Positions 16,186 to 28,858 are shown, counted from the first letter of the stretch. The stretch is DNA of 64,000 bases from Chrysomallon squamiferum (GCA_012295275.1 CM022666.1:16120001-16184000), one strand, 5' to 3'. Notes: a model not told the origin generated them from the letters alone. Program-made: numbers and translations.

Positions 16186-17650
16186 AGATAATAAATACTA
16201 CTAGTAAATAAATGTTACTGTTTTGTGATCTAATAGATATTATTATATTAGCATTTGATTTATTGTATAATAAATTTATAATATATATAAATAAATAAAG
16301 ATACCAAGACTGAGGCTTGTATGATAGTTTTACGAAATCTCTTAACTCAATCTTTCAAGACTTTTTGTCCTCGTTACCCGAACCTAATTAGGTTATAAAG
16401 AAATGTAATTTATTTATTTATTTGTTTATTTTAGCTGTTCTGTTGATGCCGCTAATAAGTACACATTTTGTATTATTATTTCCAAGAAAGATTTTCTGAA
16501 ATAATTATTTTCAAAAAACTAATAATAATAATAATAATATTAATAAAGTTAAATACTGAGTAAATTAAATAAAATAAATTAATAAAGCCAAATATATTTA
16601 CAAAGATATTAATTGCTATTATCTTCTTTAGTTATCTAATTATCTTCTTTTTTTTTTTTTTTTCATGAGATTTTATTTAATTAATGTCTTTTTTAAACAT
16701 TATTTTTGTTCTTTCTTTTTTCTTTCTTATTTTATATTATTTTAATTTAATTTATTTAACTTCTTTTTTTTTTTCTTGATTTTCTTTCCTTCATTTTTTC
16801 TTTTTTCGTCTTTTTTTCCGTTAATTCTGTCTGTCTCGTGAAACACGATTAAAGAAATCAAGCATTAACAGAATGTTAACGTTCTTAACCTATTAATTCT
16901 ATCCCGATACAATCAGGTAACCTATCGATCACTTAAAATATCAAATTTTGAAGACCCCAAGATCAGTTCAATACAGACAAACATTTTTATATCATCGACG
17001 TATGCTTAATTAAACACGGAATTAAGTAAATATTTATGCATAAAGAAAACATTATTTATAGAATGCACTAACCGTGAAAAAAAAACGGGTATTTTATTTT
17101 TAAGTAAAGATCAAAGAATTATGATAAAAAGATTTACGTGAAGATAAAATAATGTAACTGTTGTCTATGTCGTAATAATAAATAATAGATTTATTGCCCA
17201 AAACTATTTCAGCGTGTAATATAATTATGTTCTGGAACGAAAGACAGTTAACTAAGTAAAATTTCGACATCAGCAAACAAAAACAGAGTTTAAAATACTA
17301 GTACTATTATTACAGTTACAGTAACTGCTACTACTACTACTACTAATAATAATAATTAAATTTTAAATTAAATAATTAAAAGTACATTTGTATGTGTATT
17401 TATAAATTAACAAAAATAATAATAATTATTATATATTATATATTTTATATCTTAACTAAAAATAAAAAAAAAAAAAAAACACAAAAAAAACAACACACAA
17501 ATACATGTATATAATTCAGTAACCGTAGCTAAAGATAATTTCAGTTGTAACAATATTTATAAGACAACAACAGCAACTACCAATACTACTGCTACTATTA
17601 ACTACTAGTACTACTATTGCTACCACTAATACAACTATTACTACATTATT

Positions 17651-17684
<34 letters not shown>

Positions 17685-17734
17685 GTTCATTGGCATGGTA
17701 TTTAAGTCCGTTGTTTTGACTTCACCTCTAACTT

Positions 17735-17865
17735 GAAACGGAAGTACTTCTGCAATTATGCCCCTTTAGTTGGTATGTCGGTGAAAGGAAAAGACGGCGT
17801 ACCTGTAAAATGTCTTCTTGTTTTAGTGTAAATAATACCTGATGTCGGTGGTAGTTAGAAGGTAA
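17735..17865 (+). promoter_or_regulatory. Putative promoter and non-coding first exon of the fucosyltransferase gene
   Basis: ETS-type CGGAAGT at 17739-17745 in a small CpG-containing patch, followed by a candidate donor AAG|GTAATG at about 17862. CpG depletion starts right after it. Confidence 0.3.
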
Positions 17866-19177
17866 TGGTAACTATCAGAGCGTCGTATATAAATAATTCT
17901 TATTAAAAATAAATTATAGATTTTTTTTTTTTTTTTTAAATTTTTTTTTTAATTTTTTGAACCCCTCATGGTTCATACTCATAGTCACAGTCCTATTCAT
18001 GATTTTATTTTATACATTCTGCTTTTTGATAGAACAAGATATGTTCGACCCATGATTATATATCTTTAAGTTTAGGCTTCTGTAGAGACTGTTGTCTCAT
18101 TATATTTATGATTTAAAATAATATTAATAAAAATAAAATAAAAAGAGTTTCAGCTGAAAATCTCTATCAGTCTATGTAATCATTGTAATGTAATAATATT
18201 ACTGGCAAATATGAAATTGTTACAGCTATTTTAACCTATCAAAGGCATTTAAGTAATGTGAAAATTTAGCCCCTTTGACATTTTAATGATTTTTAAAATT
18301 ATTAATATTGCCTTCATCATCATGATCATTTTAATATTTATTTTGATTAATTATATTAGTAATAAAATTAAAACTAATTTATTGAGATTATATCTCTTAA
18401 GATATTATTTATTTTGATTGTGTTTCTGTTACAGTAAATAATTGTAAACAAATTCTTATTTTAAAAAAAAAAAAATTTTTAAATTATTGAATCAAATTTA
18501 TTCCCATTTTTTGAAATTTATATTACATACAAAAAGTACATTAATTTTGGTTTCTACTTTTTATTTTTAGCATTATATATGAATGATTTAAATAAATGGG
18601 TCTAGCTTATTTTGAAAATAACTAATCACACTAAATATTTAAAAATTATTGACAATATTATAATTGTATTAATGTTATTTAGATATTATGTCATGAGGCA
18701 TATTCATTGCCTTGTTCATCTTCATTTAACTATTTTTACTTGTAAAAGGATCCCAAACAGAATGTGTACATTTGTATGTATGGGGATATATATATACAGA
18801 TACATGCACAGAATACTCGTACACACACAAAACATATTTCCTTATTAGTTCAGGTTAAAGAATTCTAACACTGAAATATTGTTAAATCAGTGTTAGAGAA
18901 ATAATGTATTAAATAAATAATTCATATTTATTTATTTTATTTTATTTTAAAATATATAATAATAGTGATTATTATTATTATACATCAGTCTGGTGTTAAT
19001 TTATTTTGTGTGATTACATTTATAAATTTACATGTGGTCAGCAGTTGGTGATAAAACAAAACTCACTGCTGACCTGTCATTCTGGACTTTTAATCTTCAT
19101 TAGTGTTTATTTTTCACCAGTGTCTGTGTTTAGTAATGTGTGGTTTTATTTCCAGGCTAAATGATATCTACATTCAC

Positions 19178-20203
19178 ATGAGGCCAGCGAGTGAAGCCAA
19201 CGGTTCGAACATAATGGTGCGTTTACGTCGAAACAAACGCTGGCTTATTGGTGTCTGTCTGTTAGTGTGTCTCGTCTTCATCTTCTACATGTCACAGATC
19301 CACGTCATCCTCAAACACAAATTTTATGGTAAAAACTTAGCAGGGAAGATTCTGCCGAGAGAAGGGTACATGTCACGAGCCAAAAATGAAATTTATCGCA
19401 AACGCTTTGTCATGATAACCTACTGGGGACGAATGGGAAATCACATGTTTGAATATGGAACTCTGATTGGTGTTGCTAAGAGGAACAACATGACTCCACT
19501 CATCCCCCCTGATCTAGATCTGTTAGACCAGTTCAAACTGCCGGCTCGTAAAGGCAGCAAAGACATGTTGAGAATGTATTACACGTACTACGAGGAGAAA
19601 CCTGCGGCTTACTTCAAAGCTGTTGAAAGCCTGAAACCGTACGACGCTTACCTCGAAGGTTATTACCAGTCGTGGAAATACTTCAACAACGTTCGTGACG
19701 ATTTGATTAAAAACCACTTCGTGTTTCACGACAGCATTCGAAAATCAGCCGACGAGTTCATCAGCAAGATTCGAAAGGAGAGGAATAAACTGAACGCTTC
19801 TCTCGTGGGTCTGCACGTTCGAAGAGGCGACTTCGTGAGACAGAAACTGAAAGGGTACTCCGTCGCTCCCGTACCCTACTTCTACAAAGCCATGGACTAC
19901 TTAAGACGGAAGTACAAAGATGTTTTGTTCATCATCGCCAGCAACGATGTGTTCTGGGCTGAGGACAACTTGGATCAGGGGCCAGACATTGTTTACTCGC
20001 ACATCGAGGACGGTGCTGTGGACTTCGCTGTGCTGTGCAGCTGTCAGCACATGGTGATATCTGCGGGGTCGTATTCGTGGTGGGCAGCGTACATGGTCCC
20101 GGGTGATGTGATTTATTACAAAGGTTACCCCGAGCCGAACACTAAGATAGGAAACCTGACTGTCAGGGCAGACTATTACCCACCTCACTGGATACCCATG
20201 TAG
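19178..20203 (+). CDS. Alpha-1,2-fucosyltransferase (glycosyltransferase family 11, FUT1/FUT2-like), type II Golgi membrane protein, single coding exon
   Basis: Basic tail (RLRRNKR) and TM helix (WLIGVCLLVCLVFIFYM), plus GT11 motifs GRMGNHMFEY, EGYYQSWKYF, VGLHVRRGDF, DFAVLCSCQHMVISAGSYSWWAAY and terminal YYPPHWIPM. A splice acceptor (ttttatttccag) ends at 19155, so the ORF-track start at 19103 is probably intronic. The start is ATG 19178 or the better-context ATG 19214. Confidence 0.93.
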   Translation: MRPASEANGSNIMVRLRRNKRWLIGVCLLVCLVFIFYMSQIHVILKHKFYGKNLAGKILPREGYMSRAKNEIYRKRFVMITYWGRMGNHMFEYGTLIGVAKRNNMTPLIPPDLDLLDQFKLPARKGSKDMLRMYYTYYEEKPAAYFKAVESLKPYDAYLEGYYQSWKYFNNVRDDLIKNHFVFHDSIRKSADEFISKIRKERNKLNASLVGLHVRRGDFVRQKLKGYSVAPVPYFYKAMDYLRRKYKDVLFIIASNDVFWAEDNLDQGPDIVYSHIEDGAVDFAVLCSCQHMVISAGSYSWWAAYMVPGDVIYYKGYPEPNTKIGNLTVRADYYPPHWIPM

Positions 20204-20644
20204 AGCTGTTTTGTCTTCATTTTAAAATCATTTTGTGATGTTTTCTAATTTATGAACTGATGTAAGTTTTTGTATGTAAACATAAATTATAAATTTCAAA
20301 AAAAATATAAAAATGAAATTTTATGAAATGTGTTCCGAAGATTTTAATTGCCCCAGAATGAATACTTTTGAAAAAAAATAATTTTCAAAGTTCTTACTGT
20401 AATTTTTTTATCTTTATTTTTCATTTTCATTTAATTATTTCTCATTTCTAATTCATTATCATGAAATTAAGACTACATTTAGATTTAGTTAGTTGTTACT
20501 TTGTGCTGAAAGAAACTAGTTTAATACTAAAATGTGCTGAATTGTTTTTAAACAGTCATTCACTGATTAAGTCTTTGTTCTGGTTATTTGTGTTTTGTTA
20601 TGTTAGGAATTCACAAACACAGATAGTGTTATACAAAACACACA

Positions 20645-20700
<56 letters not shown>

Positions 20701-21235
20701 TATCTATTCAAATAAGATAAGTTTGTCATATGCCACTGCATTCCCACATGTTCAGAATGTTATGAGACGTACATATAATAACAGAATATTCAGTCTTAAA
20801 TATGTGTATGTGTGTATGTATTTATATATGTATGTGTGTGTGTATGTATCCTAATTATGTATACCTGTATGTGTATATGGGTACTGATTTCATATATAAA
20901 ACACTACATTATCATGATTAAGAATTTAATGATGTGCTGTTTTATATAAAGAGCTGTGTTATGACTAATTTAGAGCAGATATGTCAGCATGTCTGTCTTG
21001 TTTACAAAATTACAACAAATAATAATATATATATATATATATATGTTATATATATATGTGCACACACACAGTGATTTTGGGGGGTGATAGTGAAACTGAA
21101 AAAGAGAGGGTAACATCAAACGGAGACTGTGTGTGTTTATGAGACAGAAATGGGGAAGTGGCTATCTAGCTAGAGAAAAGAATAATGAAAACATCAGTCC
21201 ACTGAATGCTATAAATACATTACTCTTTGGAATAT

Positions 21236-21245
21236 AATAAATAAA
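21236..21245 (+). terminator. Candidate polyadenylation signal of the fucosyltransferase gene
   Basis: Overlapping AATAAA hexamers followed about 20 nt later by a T/GT-rich tract. AATAAA is common in this AT-rich DNA. Confidence 0.3.
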
Positions 21246-21823
21246 TTTCTCTTTGGAAAATTGTTTTTGTCTGTCATTTATGTTGGAAGTATTATTTTTT
21301 GCATTTATAATCATCTGTAGACATGTCATCAAAGAATTTTTCTGAGAATACTTGCTTATGAAAGGTTTGAGGAATATAATTGATTTTATTTGTTTATTTC
21401 AAAATGCTTTGTTTTGTTTTCAGCCTTCTGGTATTTGTTCTCTTCTAAAAATATTCTGGATCCACCAAAATTTACATATATTTAAAACATTCAAAACCCA
21501 TGCATGCACATCATTTAAAAATACATAACACAAGATTCATAGATGTGAGATAGGTAAAACATTTATATTTTAATGACTTTGCACAGTAATGATCATTTTG
21601 CAGAATGTGGAATTAACTCCTAATTTTCAAATCAGATTTAATAGCTTCCATTGAAAGCTATGACCATTAAACCAACTCATAAAATAAAAGCAGCACAAAT
21701 GATACAAAATTAAAAAAAAAAAAAAAAAAAAAATAAAAAAAAAGGGAGAAGAAAAAGATGAAAACCAGAAACCATACAAAATGGTTTCTAGGATATCAAA
21801 TATTTATGAAGTAGTTTTACTGG

Positions 21824-21856
<33 letters not shown>

Positions 21857-22595
21857 AAAGCTAACATGTAGAAGTAGAAAAAAAAAAAAAAAAAAAGAAG
21901 GAATTAATCGACATGATGTTTTGCAGAAAAAATTCAGAGCTAGCGCCAAAACGATTTCTGAAGTAAGATAAAATAATAATTTTTAAAACCAGTCAGATAG
22001 CCTAGTTTTTTTTATTCAATATTCATGAATTTATATTTCTCTCATATGTTTATTCTCATACTCTTATTCTGTCATATTTATTTTAATTTTTTAGTTTTTT
22101 AAATTTCAAATATGGAAACTTCAAAATATTCTCTCTCTTTTCTCAGACTCTCTTTAATTTTTTTTTTTTTTTATCGTTGTGTAATCTTTTAAAATCTCAG
22201 TGCATTTAAATTTACGATCCATGCCTAAAAATGTACTTGTTATACCAACTCTGCTAATTTATTATTAAATTATAAGTGATGTGGAACGAACTGTGAACTG
22301 ATTAACGTAAATTCATCGGGGAAATAAAACAAAATTACTGCTTGCACTTTCTAGCCACTTCTCTTACCCTTTTCAACATACACGGAAATTGATTTCATCT
22401 GGGTTTTTTTTTTTTTAATTTTGTTATTCAGTTTAATTAGTCAGTTTTATTTCCCCTGTATATATATTTTTGAATATGTTGTGTTATTATTATTATTTTT
22501 TTTTATATTTATTTATTTATTTAAATATTTATTTATTTATTTATTTATTCATTTATTTATTTATTCATTTATTTATTTATTTATTTAAATATTTT

Positions 22596-22627
<32 letters not shown>

Positions 22628-23040
22628 GTACGTACTTACTTAAGAGGAAGCAAAGATAAGGAAGACAACTTTTCTTGTGCTCCATCCATCTCTCCTTTCC
22701 TCTTCTCTCTCTCTCTCCCCATCCCTTTCTCTCTCTCTCTCTGTCTGTCTGTCTCCTTAAATATCTTCTTTTTTTTTTTTCATCTTTCCTTTTTTTAGGA
22801 TACAAAAGCACCTCTTATGGAAAGGTTGCTGGTTGTATGTTCAGTTTGAACTGTACTGATTCCAGTGCGTGTTTAAACGGTTCACTGCGTTTCTCAAAAG
22901 TTAAAGGAAATTGACAATGGCGGGTCTCTTGGCAAAAAAAAAAAAAAAAAATCACAAAAAACAACAACAGATATATAAAGTTCAACAAATTATCGTGGAA
23001 TGAAAATAAAGCACAAAATCACAGAATGTTGTAGCTGTTT

Positions 23041-23158
<118 letters not shown>

Positions 23159-23772
23159 TACTACTGTTGTGGTTCCTGTTTCAGATCTTTTTTTTCTCTT
23201 TACACTATTTCTACATTTTGCTTCAAATAAAATGTACTAGCGAATCTACGAACATTAAATAAATTGTGTCTATCAAATTTCATATCAAAGCTGTTTATTG
23301 AAAACACAACTATGTGTGAATCTCTAGTACAACATTATCATCATCAAGGAGAGGTGATCCTCCATCCTCCTGTTCCAATAAACGATTTCTTTCTTCTTCT
23401 TCTTCTTCTTCTTAAATCTGACATTTGCTGTATGTTTCATCTATCTCGTGTTTCAGTTACACAACTTATATTCCGATGTGTTGCAAATTTTGAAGGAGGG
23501 TGATGCTGTGTTGTGCATTTGCGTGGAAAAAAAAAAAATCATCATGTAATGGATTCCAGAGTAACGTTGTTGTCTGTAGGGCAGATATTGATGTCGCGGT
23601 CTGTCGCTAATAGGCTCAGTGTGGTTGAATAAGCTGGTGAAATTTCGTGTTGATGATACAGATTTTGTGAATGAAGTATCCTCCGTCTTGGTCTTGTTCA
23701 GGTTCGTTGTTCAAAAACACGACAGTCGTACGAACTTGAGGGTGTACGTCATGACGTAACGAAAAGAGAACA

Positions 23773-23862
<90 letters not shown>

Positions 23863-24124
23863 GAAAACACATAATAAAAGAAGAAAACAACAAAAGAAAA
23901 GAAAGTCCAAGGCAACAATTTTTTTTTCCAATAAAATTTAAAACAAGCCACAATTTATGTTGCATTGCTTATTTTTTATTGTTAGATTTTTTTGCTTAAT
24001 TTTTCACATCCTTTGATGTTAAATTTTACAATTAATATATTTACACATATATTCTTAAATGATTTATTTTCAATTCAGTTTTACTTTGTCTAAAAAAAAA
24101 GAAAAAGAATGGCATAACACGCTT

Positions 24125-24345
24125 ACATAAATCGTGACTTGATATGTGTCACCCAAAATTATTATCCATAAACCGTGACTTAATATGTGTCACCCAAACA
24201 TTTAACAATAAACTGTGACTTGATATGTGTCACCCAAAATAATTAACCATAATTCGCGACATAATATATTTCACCCAAAATGATTATCAATAAAACGTGA
24301 CTTAAAGTGTGTCACCCATAATGATTAATTATAAAAAGTGATTTG
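24125..24345. repeat. Degenerate minisatellite, about 41-bp unit, 5-6 copies, most with an internal GTGAC-N9-GTCAC inverted repeat
   Basis: Units start at about 24127, 24168, 24208, 24249, 24290 and 24331. Confidence 0.85.
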
Positions 24346-24935
24346 GTGACGTCAGTTGGACTCAGATTTAGTCACCCGAATTGATCAGATAATGTATCAC
24401 TTAATACAGTTTGAAACCATTATATAAAAGTGACATTTACTGCATGGTCAGACATAGATTATAACTAAAATATGTCAGTCATAATTTGTGACGTAAAATA
24501 AAGAATAACTGAAGAGAGAGAGAGAGAGTGAGGAAATAATAATAATAATAAATAGATAAATAATGAAAGAAAAGAAAAGAAGTTAAAAAGAGAGAAAAAT
24601 GTTCTAGTAACGAGCCTTTTGCAGTATTTTTTTCATATATATATATTTTAATATTTATTAATCATTATTATTTATTTATTATTAATTTTTTGTATTGTTT
24701 TATTTTTTCCTTTTCGGATTTTCTTTTATGGATTTGATATGATTTGAAAATTTAATTTAATATTCCATTTGTTTTTTTGGTGTTTGTTTGTTTGTTTGTT
24801 TGTTTGTTTGTTTTTGTTTTTGTTTGTTTTTTCTGATCCACTGACAGATACTGTGACTGTTTGTTTTATTTGTTTTTTATTTAATTAAACTCGGCAGTAA
24901 AACTTTGATTGCTCTAATGTTGGCCAACAAAACAG

Positions 24936-24941
24936 TTTATT
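24936..24941 (-). terminator. Candidate polyadenylation signal of the neuropeptide precursor gene
   Basis: AATAAA on the minus strand about 250 nt downstream of the stop at 25188. Confidence 0.35.
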
Positions 24942-25187
24942 GAACATCATTTAAACAAAATTGCAAATTCGGTTAAACTTTACACAATTCATGTCCGATA
25001 ATTTTACAGTCATAGAGTGGCACTTTACAACTCACTAAAACAAACAAATAAACAAGTCATAATTTTTTTTTTTTTGCTCATGAATTTCATTTAACTCTGA
25101 TAATGTCAAGGAAAGCAGTTCTTGCAGAACTTTCCTCACTGTCCGTTTGTTTGTAGTATTCATCTGCGTCTGTTCGTCTGAACGTCG

Positions 25188-26204
25188 TCACAGCTGAAAC
25201 GCCGAGACAGGCGTTCTTTTGTAGAAACTGTGGATGTTGTTACTTCTCTTGTCGTCTCTGACGCCGTCGTCTACGTCTTCCATATTTAGAGACTCGTCCG
25301 CGTTTGAGCCCTTCTCCTCGTCCTCGCGTTTGTAAAAGCCGCTAACCTCAGCTGGGCCTCTTTTGTAAAAGCCGTATACCTCGCCCGGGCCTCTTTTGTA
25401 AAATCCGTTTAAATCGCCCGGACTTCTTTTGTAGAAACTGTTGACGCCGCTAGGAGGAGACCTTTTGTAGAAGCTGGCGACGTCTCCATGGTTACGCTTG
25501 TAAAAGCTGCTCACGTCTTGAAGGCCTCGTTTGTAGAAGCTGTTCTGTTCCCCTGGCCACCGTTTGTAGAAGCTGCTGAGATTGTCCAGCGCGCGTTTGT
25601 AAAAACTGCTGACAGGCTGAGCAGGACTCCTCTTATAGAAACTGTTCACGTCGTCAGAGAATCGTTTGTAGAAACTATTCAGGCCACGTTTGTAAAAACT
25701 GCTGACGTCATTACCTCCACGTTTGTAGAAACTGCTGACGTCATTGAAGTCCACGTTTGTAGAAACTGCTGACGTCGTTACCTCCACGTTTGTAGAAACT
25801 GCTGACGTCATTCAGTCCACGTTTGTAAAAGCTGTTCACGTCTTTAACTCCACGTTTGTAGAAACTGCTGACGTCATTCAGTCCACGTTTGTAAAAGCTG
25901 CTCGAACCGTCGTTTCTTCGTTTGTAAAAGCTTTGCAGGTCTCCTGGGCCCCGCTTGTAAAAACTGTTAACTCCTCTTTTGTAGAAGGAGTTCACGTCTC
26001 CTGCACGTTTGTAGAAGCTGCTGACGTCACGCTTGTAGAAACTATTTAAGTCTTCGACGCTGCGTTTGTAAACATGGTCGTCCTGGGAAACATAGTTCTC
26101 CGTGACGTCCCTCTTGTAGAAGTTTTTGAGACTGTTGCCAAGTCGACGCTTGTAAAAAGAACTCAGACCGTCGCGTGATTTCTTCTTCAGTTCGTGATAG
26201 GGAA
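25188..26204 (-). CDS. Exon 5 (last) of the neuropeptide precursor: array of 26 xxxFY-KR peptides, with a +1 frameshift at about 25746
   Basis: Acceptor tttcag ends at 26205 (phase 1). Reads (V)PYHELKKKSRDGLSSFYKRRLGNSLKNFYKR...GGNDVSSFYKRGL, then one extra base, then NDVSSFYKR...SNNIHSFYKRTPVSAFQL-stop. Shows KR convertase sites, acidic spacers and synonymous variation among FYKR codons (TTT/TTC, TAC/TAT, AAA/AAG, CGT/AGA/CGG). Confidence 0.92.
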
Positions 26205-26331
26205 CTGAAATTTATAAAATTCAAAATTTGTAACAAACAGAATACAAATGTGTAAACTAAGAAATTTAAGTTTGGCTAATGTTGATAACTGGGAAAATAT
26301 TTATTGCATAACGTTATGTACACAATTTGCT

Positions 26332-26402
26332 ACATACATACATACATACATACATACATACATACATACATACATACATACATACATACATACATACATA
26401 CA

Positions 26403-26433
<31 letters not shown>

Positions 26434-26650
26434 CTATCTATCCATATACACACACACACACTCACATACACACACACATATATAGGCACTTATATGCATA
26501 CATACATATATACACACATACATACATACACACATACATACATACATACACACATACATACTTACTCACACTCATACATACATACACATACATACATACA
26601 CACATACATACATTTATATATACATACATTCATAAAAATATATACATACT
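26332..26650. repeat. (TACA)n microsatellite with degenerate CA/TA-rich extension
   Basis: Visible tetranucleotide run in intron 4. Confidence 0.9.
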
Positions 26651-27469
26651 TTGTGTATAAAGGATATGTCTGAATTAGTTATGAAGTGTTATCCTGTGTA
26701 TAACTGTGTGTATGTGCATGTTTAAGTCTGTCTGTCTGTCTGACTGTCTGTCTGTCTGTCTGTCTGACTGTCTGTGTGTGTGTCTGCTTGTTACAAGTTA
26801 TTCTTCACTGATTAACCTGTAAAATGCCTCACAACAATAACGTTTACTTTCCTCGTATGTCAAGTGATGCTTCGCTCATATGTCAAGATGTTCGCTAGTT
26901 TTCTAATTACAGAACTTTTCACTAGAAAATAGCTCGACATCTCCTAGAGCTCGCTCACTATTAGCGAACAATAAAATAATCACAATATGACAAATCAGTC
27001 ACAAATATCCCGACCTACTGTCAGAGTCTGTGTATGGTTAAGATATTAGCGAGTATGACTTTAAGATATTACCCACCTTGACTTATTTAACGTGACAAGC
27101 AAAAGTCAGTGACTGGTGAGTGAATCATGCATGGTGCTGTGTTCGTGTCAGAGATGCCGTGCATACATAAAAGAAATCTTGCTGATGATGTAAAAGAAAT
27201 GTGGTGTGTTTATTCAGAAGACTGTAAGTTTCTGACGTCACATAGCAAACGATCGAAAATTAATTAGTGACACTGAACAAACAACATTATTAAATGTTGT
27301 TGTGTTTTATTCTTCTTCTTTAATTTTTTTTTTTTTTTTTTTAACCCACATAGTTAAGATGTGTTGATATAATACCGACTAACTTCAGCATTTTGTAGTC
27401 TAGATTTGAAAAACATATAATTTACTTCGAAACGATACAAGACGAAACCGATGCAGTCACGCCAGAGCA

Positions 27470-27650
27470 GACAGCAAAACGAAATATTTTAATTAAGCCT
27501 TCCCATGGGCGCCAAATACGCACATTGCTGCATTTGTTAAACCAGTCACGCACTACTGGCTGGAACGGGAAATAATTGGATGGAAGGATGTTAGAGAACT
27601 GATTCTGCGACCGTGCACATCTCTGAACTAGTGATTTGAATTACCGCTCA
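27470..27650 (-). mobile_element. Degenerate tRNA-derived SINE-like fragment
   Basis: Minus strand ..TATTTCCCGTTCCAGCCAGTAGTGCGTGACTGGTTTAACAAA.. resembles, from memory, the central core of an abundant gastropod SINE. Not verified by search. Confidence 0.35.
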
Positions 27651-28749
27651 CGTCACTAGTAACCCAGAGACGAGTAAGACAGATTTTAGTAACCATCATA
27701 ATCACCTAATAACAAATACTGAGAACTGAAATTTTACTGTCGAGAGATATTCTCTTGCGTAATTCAGGAGCAGATCTATTGTGATGATAAGAGGTTGTTT
27801 TTTTTCAACCAGCTGATTTGTTAGTGAGGTTGTAACATGATAGGCGGCAGAGTCTAGGGAAGATCTGTGACGTTTGCAAAGGGGGAGGGGGTCTCAAGTA
27901 GGAGATTTTTTTTAAATGTTTTTGTTTAATGAAAAATTCGTAAAATGTTACATGATGAAGATCAGTGCGACACTTGTAATTGTTTTACGACATTTGAAAG
28001 ACATCGCCACAGCTCAAACGTCGCTCTGGGTATTACAGCAGGAACGAGAACTCTTCACTTTCCTTTGAATGTACGCTTTAGCCTCGAGGTTTAGAGAAAT
28101 AAAGGAAATAAAATAATTAATTTTAAAAATTAATGCTTGTTATGTCACGGTAATTCAGTTTTTGTCTCATTATGATGCCTTTTTCGTTTGTTGCAGCGTT
28201 TTTGATGATTTTTTTTTTTTAAATTTATTTATTGATTTTTTAATCCTTTAATTGCTCTAGAAACTGTCATTAGTAATATAATTTCATGTTATCATGCAGA
28301 TTATTAGTATTTTAAAACATTTTGTTTCAAGAATTTAAAATTCTCCTGATACCGAACAAATATGATTATTCTTAGTGATGAAGAATCGTTATGTTTTCAT
28401 TCATAAATGCATTCATATTCTCTATTCACTCATTTATAAACTCATATTTTTTATTCATGCATTTATTTATTATTCACTTTCTTTATTCATATATTTATTC
28501 ATTCATCTTTTCCTTATCTATTCTTTCTTTCACTCATCAATAAATATGAATTCCTTCATTTCATTCATTCATGTACACACACACACACACTCACACACAT
28601 CTATATATTCATGCCTTAATTTCCTTCTTTCTTTTACTTATTCATAGTTATGTTGGGTTTTTTTGGTTGGTTTTTTTCATCCCATTTTTTCAACATTATT
28701 TCTGCAGTTCATTAATTTGTTCTTTCATTTCTTTATTTATTAAATTAGA

Positions 28750-28858
<109 letters not shown>

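Noticed and set aside
19103-19177. N-terminal extension of the fucosyltransferase given by the ORF track
   Set aside because: It starts at a GTG and spans a splice acceptor at 19155, so it is probably intronic or UTR.
25188-25811. Separate 207-aa gene starting MTSAVSTNV
   Set aside because: It has no signal peptide and its N-terminus is the out-of-frame reading of upstream repeats. It is better explained as the post-frameshift half of exon 5.
25488-26049. Plus-strand ORFs (TFVETADV repeats) and minus ORF 26042-26236
   Set aside because: Antisense or alternative-frame shadows of the peptide exon.
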